Positions 1 to 12,810 of a stretch of 64,000 nt of DNA are shown in pieces. The DNA lies in contig NC_133620.1 in assembly GCF_048593235.1 (NCBI RefSeq), positions 61,754,852 to 61,818,851 of the forward strand. Reading direction: 5' to 3'. Under the pieces are notes generated by a model. The model was not told where the DNA came from, did not search any database, and saw only the letters and a program-made list of their open reading frames with translations. A program made the translations under genes and the position numbers. Each line of letters begins with the position of its first letter. Position 1 is the first letter of the stretch. This DNA is from Sminthopsis crassicaudata. Lineage: Eukaryota.

Positions 1-44
1 TGATGTTCTCTTGTGATAAGGATGATCCATTCGGCACCTCACTG
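1..44 (-). CDS. RC3H1: Roquin-1 last coding exon, 5' part only ([S]SEVPNGSSLSQENI...), continues beyond the window; acceptor at 44 or 41
   Basis: ttctgatcttAG CAG TGAGGTGCCGAATGGA; matches the C-terminal DVPNGSALTQENI motif of human Roquin-1 as recalled. Confidence 0.9.
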
Positions 45-155
45 CTAAGATCAGAAGGATGGAATGGATAATGTAACAAAATGAGGAGAGAATGAGAAAA
101 ATGGTTATTTAACTACTAAAGAACAAAGTTATCAAGAGGTGACATGCATGAAGCT

Positions 156-671
156 NNNNNNNNNNNNNNNNNNNNNNNNNNNNNNNNNNNNNNNNNNNNN
201 NNNNNNNNNNNNNNNNNNNNNNNNNNNNNNNNNNNNNNNNNNNNNNNNNNNNNNNNNNNNNNNNNNNNNNNNNNNNNNNNNNNNNNNNNNNNNNNNNNNN
301 NNNNNNNNNNNNNNNNNNNNNNNNNNNNNNNNNNNNNNNNNNNNNNNNNNNNNNNNNNNNNNNNNNNNNNNNNNNNNNNNNNNNNNNNNNNNNNNNNNNN
401 NNNNNNNNNNNNNNNNNNNNNNNNNNNNNNNNNNNNNNNNNNNNNNNNNNNNNNNNNNNNNNNNNNNNNNNNNNNNNNNNNNNNNNNNNNNNNNNNNNNN
501 NNNNNNNNNNNNNNNNNNNNNNNNNNNNNNNNNNNNNNNNNNNNNNNNNNNNNNNNNNNNNNNNNNNNNNNNNNNNNNNNNNNNNNNNNNNNNNNNNNNN
601 NNNNNNNNNNNNNNNNNNNNNNNNNNNNNNNNNNNNNNNNNNNNNNNNNNNNNNNNNNNNNNNNNNNNNNN
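156..671. other. Assembly gap (516 N)
   Basis: Run of N. Confidence 0.99.
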
Positions 672-709
672 TGAAATTGCATTTTTGACAGTCATTATTC
701 ATTTGTTTT

Positions 710-1150
710 AAGATGTTATATCACATTGCTGAGTGAAATGAATAGAACCAGAAGATTGCTGTACACTTCAGTGCTGTATGAAGAGGTATTCTGATGGAAG
801 TGGAAATCTTCAACATAAAGAAGATCCAACCCACTTCCAGTTGATCAATGATGGACAGAAACAACTACACCCAGAGAAGGAACACTGGGAAGTGAATGTA
901 AATTGTTAGCACTACTGTCTATCTACCCAGGTTACTTATACCTTCGGAAGCTAATAATTAATGTGCAACAAGAAAATGGTATTTACACACATATAATTGT
1001 ATCTAGGTTATATTGTAACACATGTAAAATGTATGGGATTGCCTGTCATGGGGGGAGGGAGGTGGAGGGGGGGGGATAATTTGGAAAAATGAATACATGC
1101 ATATATACTGTGGAAAAAACAATTCTAAAAAAAAAAAAAAAAAAAAAAAG
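710..1150 (+). mobile_element. L1 3' end fragment
   Basis: Shares GAGTGAAATG..AGAACCAG, CCCAGAGAAGGAACACTGG and the G-rich 3' tract with the other L1 copies here; poly-A at ~1127-1149. Confidence 0.75.
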
Positions 1151-1472
1151 ATGTTATAATCATAGTCTATGATGAAAATATTTCTTCTACCAACTAAAGA
1201 AACTCCCCATATTATCTGATGACATGAAGTGCTAAAGCTTATTTTCAAATACAGAGATGTTCAAAATTATGGCATTTAAAAACTAACATTGTGAATAGCT
1301 GGGTAAACTTGACAACACACATAGTAGGAGTTCCTTAATTAACATAGTTCATTTTAAAATCAGGAAAATCATTAAAATTCAAGCTGACAAGATCTTAAAA
1401 TAGCTCTTAAAATAGCTCTTAATCTTCCTCTAGGTACTACATAGAAGAGCAGAGGAATACTCATTTCTTTAC

Positions 1473-1588
1473 CTGAATGTCAATGCAAGGTCCTCAGTTG
1501 GAACCTTGTTTTGTGGTTCTGCCTGTCCATTTTCTGCTTGCTTACTGGAACCCAATTTGTTTTTCATGTCCAGAGAAGATTGGTTCTC
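1473..1588 (-). CDS. RC3H1: Roquin-1 exon 19 (ENQSSLDMK...DLALTF)
   Basis: taaaag|GAGAAC ... TTCAG|gtaaag; 116 nt; translated by hand. Confidence 0.94.
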
Positions 1589-1716
1589 CTTTTAAAGAAG
1601 AAGAAATACACTCTCAATTATCTAAGCTAATATAGAAGTAATAGAATAGATAATACAGAACGGTAGATATTCCAGATATTATTCTTATTTAGTTTATTTA
1701 TTTTTGTTTTTTTTTT

Positions 1717-1846
1717 GAGGCTGGGGTTAAGTGACTCACCCAGGGTCACACAGCTAGGAAGTGTTAAGTATCTGAGACCAGATTTGAACTCGGGTCCTCC
1801 TGAATTCAAGGCTGGTGCTCTATCCACTGCACCACCTAGCTGCCCC
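1717..1846 (-). mobile_element. WSINE1-like CORE-SINE
   Basis: Reverse complement of GGGGCAGCTAGGTGG...CACTTAACCCCAGCCTCA with an A-rich tail. Confidence 0.85.
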
Positions 1847-2076
1847 CTTATTTAGTTTAGAAAGTTATATTAACCACATTCCATGTCCAGTTCTTACCCA
1901 TTCCCAGTGAACCAATTTAAATCCTGAGACCATATGGGTAATAAATGGCAATAGTCTTCAAGGCAAAATGGCTAATTTTACTCATAAAATTTTCACATAT
2001 AAAAGTAAATTCTACTAACATGAAAAGCTCAAGAAAACAAATCAATTAAGATTACAAATTTATTCAACTCACTCAC

Positions 2077-2253
2077 CAGGCTAAGCTCTCGAGTTCTCTT
2101 CCCAATTTCCCTCTCCACCTGGTGTAGCTCCAAACTCAACTGCTCACTTGACACCATTCCGGGCCACTTGGGGGGTGGTGGTGGAGGCTGGGGAGGAGGT
2201 TGGCCTGCCAGAGTGTTGGTTTCCCTCTGCAACAGCAGCCTGTTACTAACAGC
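2077..2253 (-). CDS. RC3H1: Roquin-1 exon 18 (AVSNRLLLQ...TRELSL)
   Basis: atttag|GCTGTT ... CTG|gtgagt; 177 nt. Confidence 0.93.
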
Positions 2254-3454
2254 CTAAATGCACAAAGTCAAGCATACATACAACTCAGTACTCATGCCAT
2301 GCACAAAAAGTGAACAGGAAATAAGGGAGATTACTGCTTTATGAGAATAACCACCTAAATATTTTTCCAACAAAAATGATGGCATTAAAAAGCACTGTAT
2401 GAAATATTAAAGTATGGAGGCACTGAATTTTTTGTTTTCCTTTCCCCAAAACTTACTCAGTACTTATTAAGAAAAAAAGACTTAGGTCATCAATGTTTGA
2501 ATTGATTGGTTGTTTTTTTCTTTTTTAGCTGAAGTAGCACATACTAATAAAGATTTACCAATTCCAACTCACTCACAACCTACAACCATTTTTTCTGAAG
2601 GAAAATAACATTTTAGTATTCACATTTAATGTTCTAATGATTTTCTTAAAAAGATGCAATTATTCTAAAGGATGATAAAAAATTAACACAGTAAGATTTA
2701 ATTAATCTTCATTTATGCTACCATAAGAATGTCATCAATAGTTACATTTGATATTCAAAATTCCCACAAACTTGCAATCAAAATTATAAAATAAATTAAG
2801 TTGTCTTTTGAAAATTATTTTCCTCCAAAATCTTTTATACACACACACACCCTCCCTAAATGTGGAAGTGGATATTTCTTAAATTTCAATTTCTTTAAAA
2901 AATCTAATTCAACAATTTATTAAGTATCTACTATGGGAAAGGCATTATACTAAGTCTGGGTATAAAAAGAAAAGTCCCTACTTTCCAAGGAGCTTACATT
3001 TATATAGATAAATAAATATAATCTAAAGAGAGAGAACACACAATTAAGGGAGGAATTGGGCTCTCAAGTCCATAAGGAATACATATTGGGTAAAGCAGAG
3101 GGGCAGGTGGAGTACCGAGTTCAGGAAATGAAAAGCAGGTCCTTTTAGCTAAAATATGGAATATTCAAAGAAGATTAATATGAGCACAGGTACTTTTTCA
3201 GTTTCCATTTTTAAAAAAACATTTATGGAATTAATTACAAATGGTGCTAAGTTAAAAAAAAAATTCAAATCAACACTTAAAAAGAGTACTTTACACACAA
3301 TAGACACTTAAATGTTGGTGAATGACATTAATGAATAAAATTAAGCTAAGATGATTTGTTTATAATTACTATAATTCTGAAAGATTGATAACAGGCACAT
3401 AGAGCTCCTACTGCTTAATAATTAATCTTCTAGAGATGGAATTTTATTATTCTG

Positions 3455-3920
3455 TTAAGAAACAACCAGCAGGATGATTTTAGAGAGGCCTGGAGAGACT
3501 TATGTGAACTGACACTGGGTGAACTGAGTAGAACCAGGAGTTCACTGTAGACAATAAGATTATGTGATGATGAACTCTGATGGACTTGTCCCTTTTCAGC
3601 AGTGAGATGATTGGGGCCAATTCCAATAGTCTTTTAATGGAGAGAGCCATCTGCACTGAGAGAGGACTAGGGGGACTGAATATGAATCACAGCATAGTAT
3701 TTTCACCTTTGTTGTTGTTGCTCATTTGCTTTTCTCCTCCTCCCTTCTTACTTTCTCCCTTGTATAGCATGATAAATGTGGAAATGTTAGAAGCACTGCA
3801 CACATTTAACCTATATTGCTGTCTAGGAAAGGGGGGAGAAGTGGAGGGAGGGAGAAAATGTTGGAACACAAGATCTTGCAAAGGTGAATGTTGAAAACTA
3901 TCTTTGCTATTATTATTTAA
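3455..3920 (+). mobile_element. L1 3' end fragment (older subfamily)
   Basis: CAGCAGGATGATTTTAGAGAGGCCTGGAGAGACTTA motif and a typical 3' UTR. Confidence 0.7.
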
Positions 3921-4083
3921 AAAAAGAAATGCTAAACAACCCTGCCCAAATTTAAACTGAAAATTTTATCACTAAAATATGGCACATAAAAATTAGTCTC
4001 TGTAGTATATCAAGTTTTTCTCCATCTCTTGAAACTACTTCAAACTCAACCCCCAAAAAGCAAACCCATGCCTAGTCTGGTAC

Positions 4084-4216
4084 CTCAAGTCCTCGAAGCT
4101 GGGTGTGCTGGTTAATCTGGTGGTTCAGCTGCTGCAGCTCCAGTCTCAGCTGTTCTCTCTCAGCGGAGGGTAAGGGCTTCCCATGGCTGGCCACTTCTGA
4201 CATGGACAATCTCTCC
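4084..4216 (-). CDS. RC3H1: Roquin-1 exon 17 (ERLSMSEV...QLRGLE; coiled coil)
   Basis: tcaaag|GGAGAG ... GAG|gtacca; 133 nt. Confidence 0.95.
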
Positions 4217-4289
4217 CTTTGATGGAAAAGCAATATAAGAGACTGAAGAGCAACTACTGTAGCCAGAATAATTGAATGGCAAGAGAAAA

Positions 4290-4796
4290 ACCCAACTCTT
4301 AAGAATTCATAGCAAACTTTGACCCAGCAATACCTAGGTCTGCATCCCAAAAAGAGCAAAGAAAAAGGACTCAGGCATAAACATATTTATAGTAGTTCTT
4401 TTTGTGAAAGCAAAGAATGAGAAATCGAGGGGATGTTCATCAACTGGGGAATGGTTGAACAAGCAGTCGTATATGATTGTGATGGACAACAGTTCATTGT
4501 GTTATAAGAAATGACAATGGAGATGATTTCAGAAAAAAACATGGTAAAACCTGTATGAACTGATGCAAAGTGAGAAGCACCAGGAACTTATTGTGCTGAG
4601 GAACAGTAATATTATAATGATGATCAATTGTGAAAGAATTGACTACTGTGATCAGTAAAAGGATCTGAGGTAATTCCAAATGATTCACTAAGAAAAAATG
4701 CTATCCATCTCCAGAGATAATTGATATACTCTGGAGCGTATAGTGAAGTATGGTTTTTGTCCTATTTTATGTTTCTAAAAATGATTAATATGGAAA
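4290..4796 (+). mobile_element. Degenerate L1 ORF2-end/3' UTR fragment, runs into an N gap
   Basis: TTTGACCCAGCAATAC and CAACTGGGGAATGGTTGAAC motifs. Confidence 0.6.
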
Positions 4797-4963
4797 NNNN
4801 NNNNNNNNNNNNNNNNNNNNNNNNNNNNNNNNNNNNNNNNNNNNNNNNNNNNNNNNNNNNNNNNNNNNNNNNNNNNNNNNNNNNNNNNNNNNNNNNNNNN
4901 NNNNNNNNNNNNNNNNNNNNNNNNNNNNNNNNNNNNNNNNNNNNNNNNNNNNNNNNNNNNNNN
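4797..4963. other. Assembly gap (167 N)
   Basis: Run of N. Confidence 0.99.
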
Positions 4964-5102
4964 CTCAATGGATGGAGGAGGGAGAGAATTTGAAACTCAA
5001 AATTTAAAAAGGAAAACATAGTAAAAATAATCATCACAGAGAAAAGGAAAAACAATCCACGCCTCATCCACTCCCTCCACAAAGACAGACAGACAGACAT
5101 AC

Positions 5103-5193
5103 CTTTCAGTGAAGTGTCCCTGAGAAGGCATAGTTTGGTGAGGGGAATACGGAGAACCTCCCCAGCCACCATGAGCTCCATATGGACTGTAAT
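5103..5193 (-). CDS. RC3H1: Roquin-1 exon 16 (DYSPYGAHGGWGGSPYSPHQTMPSQGHFTER)
   Basis: ttaaag|ATTACA ... GAAAG|gtatgt; 91 nt; translated by hand; phases fit both neighbours. Confidence 0.94.
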
Positions 5194-5408
5194 CTTTAAG
5201 AGAAAGAGGGATTTAGGGAATATCCAATTCACACGGGCTTGTTTTCCTTAAACTAGAAGTTATTAGATTCCTAGACAGCCTCAAAAATATTGTAACACTT
5301 TTCTAAAACTCTGATACATTAAACATTGACAGGCTAAGAATACTTCAGTACTAAATGAAAAAACCAAAATTATTTCATCTCACTCTTGGCAAATTTAGAA
5401 ACACTCAC

Positions 5409-5622
5409 CAGAAATGCTGATTGATTTAGTGGAAGCCCCCTGAGCTGCCAGAGCCTGCATTGGGCCAGAACTCTGATACATGGTTTTGGAAGTTCGAGAT
5501 ATGGCGCCAAACCGAGATACTGTGGGTCGATCACCAAATGGGATGAGGTCATCATCACTGGTTTCTGCTACCCTACGTTGAAGCTCCAGCCTCTGGTCTC
5601 TCACACTTTTACTATCCACATT
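5409..5622 (-). CDS. RC3H1: Roquin-1 exon 15 ([10 protein letters not shown]...KSISIS)
   Basis: taccag|AATGTG ... TCTG|gtgagt; 214 nt. Confidence 0.95.
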
Positions 5623-7111
5623 CTGGTAGACACAAGTGAAAAAGAAAAAGCTCAGTCCCATCTTAATTTTTTTCTACCATGTTTCTTACCTCTAAAGACT
5701 AAAAAATACGATGATAAAATTTAAAAAGATGAGAGTATGAGCATTCTGAAGCGTTCTGATTCAACACAGAATTACTGAATGGTAGAGCTAGAAAGGTCCT
5801 TCTGGATCCTTTAGTCAAATTTTTTTTTAAGTGTGTGGTCCATAAGTTTGCTTGTCTTATATTTTGATTAATTATATTTCAAAATAGCTGGTTTTGTTTG
5901 TAATCCTACGTTTTATACTTTGTGCATTTAAAAACATTCCGAGAAGGTATCTATGACACAAAAAAGGCTAACAATCTCTGCTTGCAGTCCATAGCCTAGG
6001 ATGTTTTCTAAGACATGCCACGGGAAATTTTAATGATTAAAAATCCATGAGCTAAACCCTGAATAATGCATTTCTTGCCTAGAAGAGCTTCAAGGATAGA
6101 GTAGGGTGGAAAATGTTTGGTCAGCTTAAAGATAAGAGGGAGACATATTTCCATCAACATAATTCTATTATTATTGCCTTCTTTTCCCTCTCTATCTCAT
6201 TAGGAATTAACACAGAACCTACATAAATGATTGTAGACTTAATGACAGTATCTTTCCAAAAACCAGCTCCTTCACTTGTCATAACGTACAAACTCAGTAG
6301 ACTAATTCTCTACTATCCACTTTTGATCATATGCTAGTATTGAAAAAAACAAAACACAAAGTTGGAAAAGAACTTACCAGTCCAATCCTATATCCTCAGA
6401 GATGTTAAAATGTAATTGGGAAATATTTAACAAAATAAATGATCCAATACAGGTAATATTAATTTGTGATTTTTTAGGTCAATAAGATCTGTTGGGATTA
6501 AAATTCTATTTGAGTGATATAACCACTGTCCATCTGATAAGATACATTCTACTACCACATGCCAAATAAGGAGATGTATAGCTTCTTCAATACCTCAAAT
6601 AACAGGTAACTCTTTATCTTAATATTGTTAACTATTCCATTTTGGAGCCTGCTCAAATTGTAAAAAGTTATCCCCAATTGGTCCTAGTTTCTTTCTTCAA
6701 ATATAAAAATAAATGAAAAATAAACCTAATTTCTCTTTTCACAAAGCAACCCTTCATAGCAGAACAAAAATTAGTATCCAGACTTCAGGCAGAAATTGTT
6801 CTAAACACTGACAGTCAACTAATGGATTACCACTTTTCCTGGCTTATTAATTATAGCAGTAATACAATTTGTACTTAAAAACTATTTTTAAAATTAAAAG
6901 AGTATAATTTGGTGAAGACAATAAATATGGCTTTTGATCAAAGACATCATAGTGAGCTGTGGCTGAGGCAGAGATTGACATCGTACAGCAGGAGAGCAGA
7001 AACAAAGTGAGGAAACCAAGGTTCTAGGTGGCCAATTCTAAAGTTAGGTCCATTTTGAATTACTTTTAAAAATTCATCCAGAGCCTCCTGAAAGGACAGG
7101 GTTGTACCTAC

Positions 7112-7264
7112 CGTCATGTCCACACCACCAGGGACAACAGCATCTTTGGGTTTTGCATCTTTGGTCCCAATGTAGGAGCCGATGGTGTCACATGACCAAG
7201 GGGAATATTGGCTGTAATCATTCCCTTTGTATTTCCCAGCAACTTTCAGGTCATCATCCAAATA
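7112..7264 (-). CDS. RC3H1: Roquin-1 exon 14 ([10 protein letters not shown]...GGVDMT)
   Basis: ttacag|TATTTG ... ACG|gtaggt; 153 nt. Confidence 0.95.
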
Positions 7265-7949
7265 CTGTAAATGGACAGGACAAAGATGAAACAAGAACAT
7301 TTCCAAATAATATTTTGTTAGAAGCAAAACACTGAGGGTTTTATTTGTTGGCTCAAGTAATAAAATTGTAAAATCATCCCTACAGATTATAAATATTTGA
7401 AATTCAAGTCAATACACAATTAGCATAACTATGAGGAGGAGTTCATGACTGGTTTTGCTGTCAATGGGGGTAAAAAGGATTTTAATGCCATCATTCTCAT
7501 CAAAAAGAAAACCAAGCCCAAGAATCATGTTCAAAGCACGAAAAATTGATGTAAATTCCATAAGTTAATAAAATACTACCTTATTTATCTGCCTAAATTT
7601 AGATAAAACCCCAAAATGTGATAAACTGAGCAACAAACCAGTACCATTTGACTGACCTCTTACAAATCAAATTATTCAAAACAGAATGTGAGATCAGCCA
7701 GTCAAGAACAAGTAAATGCCTGTGCTATGCACTAGAGAGATAAAGAAAAGAAAAAAACAGTTTTCCCCATCAAGAAACTCAGTCAAATGGGAGAGACAAC
7801 ATGAAAACTATGTATGTAGTTATATATATTTATCAGAATAAAAATGACAGTTTCTTGGTTTTTGTATCCTCAAGTCTTACCACAATGCTTGGCACATAGA
7901 AAACCTTTAAAAATGCATGTTCATTTTGCAACCAATCTAGAAAGGTTAA

Positions 7950-8780
7950 AGAAAATGAATTGGAAAGGGGACAGTATAAAGTGACAACAAGGGTATGAAG
8001 TAGAAGATAACCAAGTGAGAGAGAAAGGAAGAAACCTGTCAGAGAGATGATCAGAAAGAGGGAAGACAAGAGTAGAGTCAGAGATGATTCCAATTGGAAC
8101 AATGATCATGTTCTCAAGGAAGTGAGAGCGGGGGTGGAAATTACAATCAAAGGGGGGAAAAAACAGTGAATTCCATTTTGAACATGTTGAATATGAAATA
8201 TCTGGGACCTCCAGGTGGAACTGTCTATCAGGGAATGGAACTCAGAGAAGAGATGAAGATGGGCTACACAGAAATGCCAGTCAATTGTACAAAATCAGAA
8301 CTAGGACAAAACTGACAAGGTCACCAAGAGAGAGTGCACAGAGTCAAGAGTCCTAGGGATAGAATCTGTTTGGGGTATTTAAAGCATGGAAGGCAAAGCC
8401 TTCCCTCTTCTCCCTCCAGATCCCATCTCAGAAGTCTTTCACCCCCACCTTTCCTTTCCTTGCTTCCATCTGATGTCTCTTGTTCCTGAGGCTGATGCTC
8501 CCAAACATACTCTAACATACTGTTTCCTCCACTAGATGGAGAGGTCTTGGTACAGAGGCATGGAAGAACTGTTTTCTGACTTAACCAGGAGACAGAACTC
8601 CCAGGAGGAAGAAAGTGGCAGGAAGGAGAGGTCAGTTCAGTGGAAGTCAACAAGGGCAAGGACTGAGAACAGACCACAGAACAGAATAAAGGGAGTATCA
8701 ATGACCTTGAAGAAAGCTGTTTAGCAAATAGTGTAATTAGAAGTAAAATATGACAAGTGAAGGATATGCAAAGTTGAGGT
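7950..8780. mobile_element. Degenerate L2-like purine-rich remnant
   Basis: Motifs such as GAATTCCATTTTGAACATGTTGAATATGAAATATCT; a similar segment lies at ~20200-20930. Confidence 0.4.
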
Positions 8781-9860
8781 GAGAGATTTTGTTTCCTTCT
8801 AGACCTTTTTTCTTAGGTAAAGTCAAGATAAATCACCCAAAGAGCTGTGTGGTAGTGAAAAAAGCCCTGGGTTCTAGTCCAATTCTGCCTGTAGCTCCTT
8901 GTCTTACTTGGGACAAATTATTCAGATAAGTTATTCTTTTGGGTCTCAATGTCTTCATCTATAAAATGATGGAGCTATAGTAAATAAAATTGTTCCTCTT
9001 TTAATTTTATCTTTCAATGTACTCTTAACACCATAAATGATGGCTTGGTCATTGATGTTAAGATTTATAGGGAATGAATATCAACAAAATGTCTGTAGGG
9101 CAACTCTGGGTAAGACCTCTGTGTATGTGCCTAGAGCCAGGTCACTAAAGCAAAGTTTGAGTTGGAAAATTTATTTCTGGGCAGAAAGAGGATAGAAACT
9201 AAGACACTAAACCTTCTCAACTATTAAAAAAAAAAAAAAAACACAACAAAACAACAACAAGTTTTTAGTGCCAAGGTATATAGTAACTGCTAAATGATGT
9301 AAAGGAGAGGGTTTTCATTAATGAAAAGTATTTCTGTTTATCTGTCAGTACACTGCAATCTAATGAGCCCTGGATATTTCCAATTGCCATTGAAAGCTCC
9401 AAGAGATGTTGCTGCCTCCCTCTCTCAGCTTTTCTCTGAGGATCCCGCATGTAGCAGTGTGTACATAGTAGATGGCTTCTGCTGCCCCTGGATTACACTG
9501 CTCCTCCTGTGTCTCATCTTCCTTTTATTTCCTTCTCACATCATCAAAGAACGAACCAATTCTGATGCACCTCACCATCATACTGAGGTCCTTTCCTCTT
9601 TTTGCTTTAAAATTTCCAAAGACTGAGGGATATTGGAGTTGGGCTCTATCCCTCCTTGCACACAAGTGCTAATTTATTTTTAAAATTTGTTACAAGGATG
9701 ACGCTGACTTCTAAATGACTAATAGATTCTTGAATTGCAATTATAATTGCTGAACTGAACATGTCAATCTCATAATCAGTAGGTAGGAGAGTTGATTCCC
9801 AAGCAGCAGAGCCCCAAGATGGAGTGTTCCTCCCTCAACAACGCACTTCCAGGAGGAAAT

Positions 9861-9996
9861 TTTTTTTTTTTTTTCTGAGGCTGGGATTAAGTGACTTGCC
9901 CAGGGTCACACAGCTAGGAAGTGTTAAATGTCTGAGACCAGATTTGAACTCCTGAATTCAGGTCTGGTGCTCTATCCACTGCGCCACCTAGCTGCC
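9861..9996 (-). mobile_element. WSINE1-like SINE with 14-bp TSD
   Basis: TSD TTCCAGGAGGAAAT at 9847-9860 and 10001-10014. Confidence 0.88.
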
Positions 9997-10445
9997 ACCA
10001 TTCCAGGAGGAAATCAAGAACAGAACATCAGTCTTCATTTAAAAAATGAATTTTGTAGAATATAGCAGTATTCCAGCATGCTTTCCATTGCTGCTGTTAT
10101 TGAGGGGAGAAAAACACTATTATCGTTTTTAGATTTAGAGAAGAAAGTATAAACTATTTTAACTTTACTAATTTGTTTAATCTACATATTTGGAAAACTA
10201 GTTAAGTCATTCCTCATTAATCCAAACAGAGAGCTAGATATAGTTATTTTTCTTGTCTGAGTAGGGCCAACTCTCAACTTCATCTTATTCATTACTGGTA
10301 ATTTATCTGAATAATCTTATTTAATTTTAACACAAAAATCAAAATATCATCCATTTTTGAATGCAACTGAAAAACTGATAAATGAACAGTCAATTTGCTT
10401 TTAAAAGACAGACATTTAAGATTCAAGATCACAATGCTTGCTTAC

Positions 10446-10610
10446 TTCCTCTGGATGGAATGAATGGGGCAATGTTGGTGAGGGTGCAAAAGGAGGTGGG
10501 GAGATGACTTTTCTTTCTTCTAGCTGAGCCATGATTTCCTTCCGTCTCCGATGTAGCTCATCTAGACTAGGGTGAGCCTGGAGAGGTGGTGGTAGTCTGC
10601 TGTAAGGCTC
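10446..10610 (-). CDS. RC3H1: Roquin-1 exon 13 (EPYSRLPPP...SFHPEE)
   Basis: ttttag|GAGCCT ... GAA|gtaagc; 165 nt; translated by hand. Confidence 0.95.
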
Positions 10611-11137
10611 CTAAAAATGAAATGAAACATTTAGAAATGATGTTAAAAACTCACTGAATAATCTAATGTATATTTAAATAGTTAATATGGTTGGCACATT
10701 CACTTTATAACATATGTTTCAAATGATTCTTCCTTTCCAGCTCCAAATATATAATCTAAAGACATTTGATGTCCAAAATTTAAAGCCAACCAAAAAATCT
10801 GTCCAAACTCTCAAGAGTAGCAGGAGAGATTTCTTACTGAAAACCAGGTAACATCACCCTTCATCAATTAGGTTGAAATTTTTTTTTACAAGTTGAAAAT
10901 AGTATGTAGCCAAAAAAGACAAAGAAAGAAAAAGAAAAAATGGCTTCATCTTTAATAGCAAATTAATTGAATTATTAAAGTATGAAAAGAAAAACAATCT
11001 AGAAATAGAGCCTTTGCATATATTTCAAAAGCTAGATGAGGTAGACAAGTGGCAGTGCTAGGTACCTATTCAAAAGGTTAGAGAACCATTTTAACAGACC
11101 AATTCATGAAAATAGCAATTTTAAAAAATAGGCATAC

Positions 11138-11508
11138 TCTGATATACGGAGGTCTTATCTGACTTGGATGTGGACCCACTGGATAATAACCCTCTATTTG
11201 CTGGTATCTCTCTCTGGACTCTGGTACATAAGGTGAAACAGTTGCAGGTGGAATCTCAATGGGTACTGGGCTTTCTTGGAAAATCTCCTCTCGTGGATAA
11301 GACTGAGTAGGGTACACACGACGGCCATCATAATGTGGTGGGTACATGGGTGGGTACTGTTGTGGTTGAGTCCCATACTGGGAGTTTACTACACGATCCT
11401 GGAGATAGGGTGGGTAATGATCCAAGTATGGAGGGCCAGGTTCAGGAGCAGATGGTGGAGGCCGGACAAAGCGGGAGACACATTGTGGGGTTGGAGTATA
11501 GTACATCC
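11138..11508 (-). CDS. RC3H1: Roquin-1 exon 12 (GMYYTPTPQ...RPPYIR; Pro/Tyr-rich)
   Basis: ttatag|GGATGT ... AGA|gtatgc; 371 nt. Confidence 0.96.
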
Positions 11509-12139
11509 CTATAAAGAAAAAACAAGAACCAAAACCAATACTTGTCAGAAATTTTTACCTATTTAACCAATCATGATTATTAATTTACTCTTTGCATTAT
11601 AAAAACAAACTGACAATAAGACCAATCCATTAAGATGAGGGAAGAAAATTATGACCTTAAAAGCAACAGCAAAGCTTTTGAGCATTCTCCCATTTACCAC
11701 TGCTCTTTCCCCTAAGCTGCTTCAGGGTGGGCTATACCAGACATATATACAGAATCGAGAAAGAGCTATCAATCTATCAATCCTTTCCGTGTCCGGGCCA
11801 GGTGAGGTGTTCCTCCCCAAGAACATAATATCAAATGTTCATCCCTCTCCTACTTCTACCCCAAATTTTAGTCTAGGCAAAAAGGTTTATAACGTAACAA
11901 AATATAAATTCATTTAAAGGTACTGCTTATTTCATATTTATTCTATTATTTTAATTTTATATTTTGTATATGTAATTGAAATAACACACCACTAGAGCAT
12001 ATGTACAATATTTTATAACTAATATGCATGGGGAGACGGAGAAAAATTTGGAACACGAGGTTCTGCAAAGGTAAATGTTGAAAATGATCTTTGCATACAT
12101 TTGGAAAAATAAAATACTATTTAAAATTTTTAAAATGAC

Positions 12140-12810
12140 TTGCTTAAAAGGGAAAAGAGACCTGTATGTGCCAAAATGTTTGTGGCAGCCCTTTTTGTAG
12201 TGGCTAGAAACTAGAAAATGAATGGATTCCCATCAATTGGAGAATAGTTGGGTAAATTGTGGTATATGAATGTTATGGAATATTATTGTTCTGTAACAAA
12301 TGACCAATGGAATGAATACAGAGAGGCTTGGAGAGACTTACACGAACTAATGCTAAGTGAAATGAGCAGAACCAGGAGATCATCACACATTTCAACAACA
12401 ATATTATATGAGGACATATATTCTGATGGAAGTGGATATCTTTGACAATGAGAAGAAGATCCAATTCATTTCCAATTGATCAATGATGGACAGAATCAGC
12501 TACACCCAGAGAAGGAACACTGGAAAATGAAAGTGGACTACTTGCATTTTTGTTTTTCTTCCCAGGTTATTTTTACCTTTCTGAATCCAATTTTTCTTGT
12601 GCAACAAGAGGATGGTATGTGTACATATATATTGCATTTAAGATATACTTTAACATGTTTAACATGTATGAGACTGCCTGCCATCTACGGAAGGGGGTGG
12701 AGGGAGAGAAGAGAAAAGTTGGAACAGAAGTGAGTGCAAGGGACAAAGTTGAAAAATTACCCATGCATATATTCTGTTAATAAAAAGCTATTAAGAAAAA
12801 AAAGACTTGC
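12140..12810 (+). mobile_element. L1 3' end (ORF2 C-terminus plus 3' UTR)
   Basis: ORF 12248..12445 GKLWYMNVMEYYCSV...EAWRDLHELMLSEMSR is L1 ORF2p C-terminal-like. Confidence 0.85.

Noticed and set aside
109-711. ORFs of 176-197 aa, and similar ones at 4721-5232 and 14069-14506
   Set aside because: They are open only because they run through N gaps.
2077-10610. Single-residue indels in proline runs of exons 13 and 18 relative to human Roquin-1
   Set aside because: Expected variation in low-complexity regions, and the comparison relies on memory of the human sequence.
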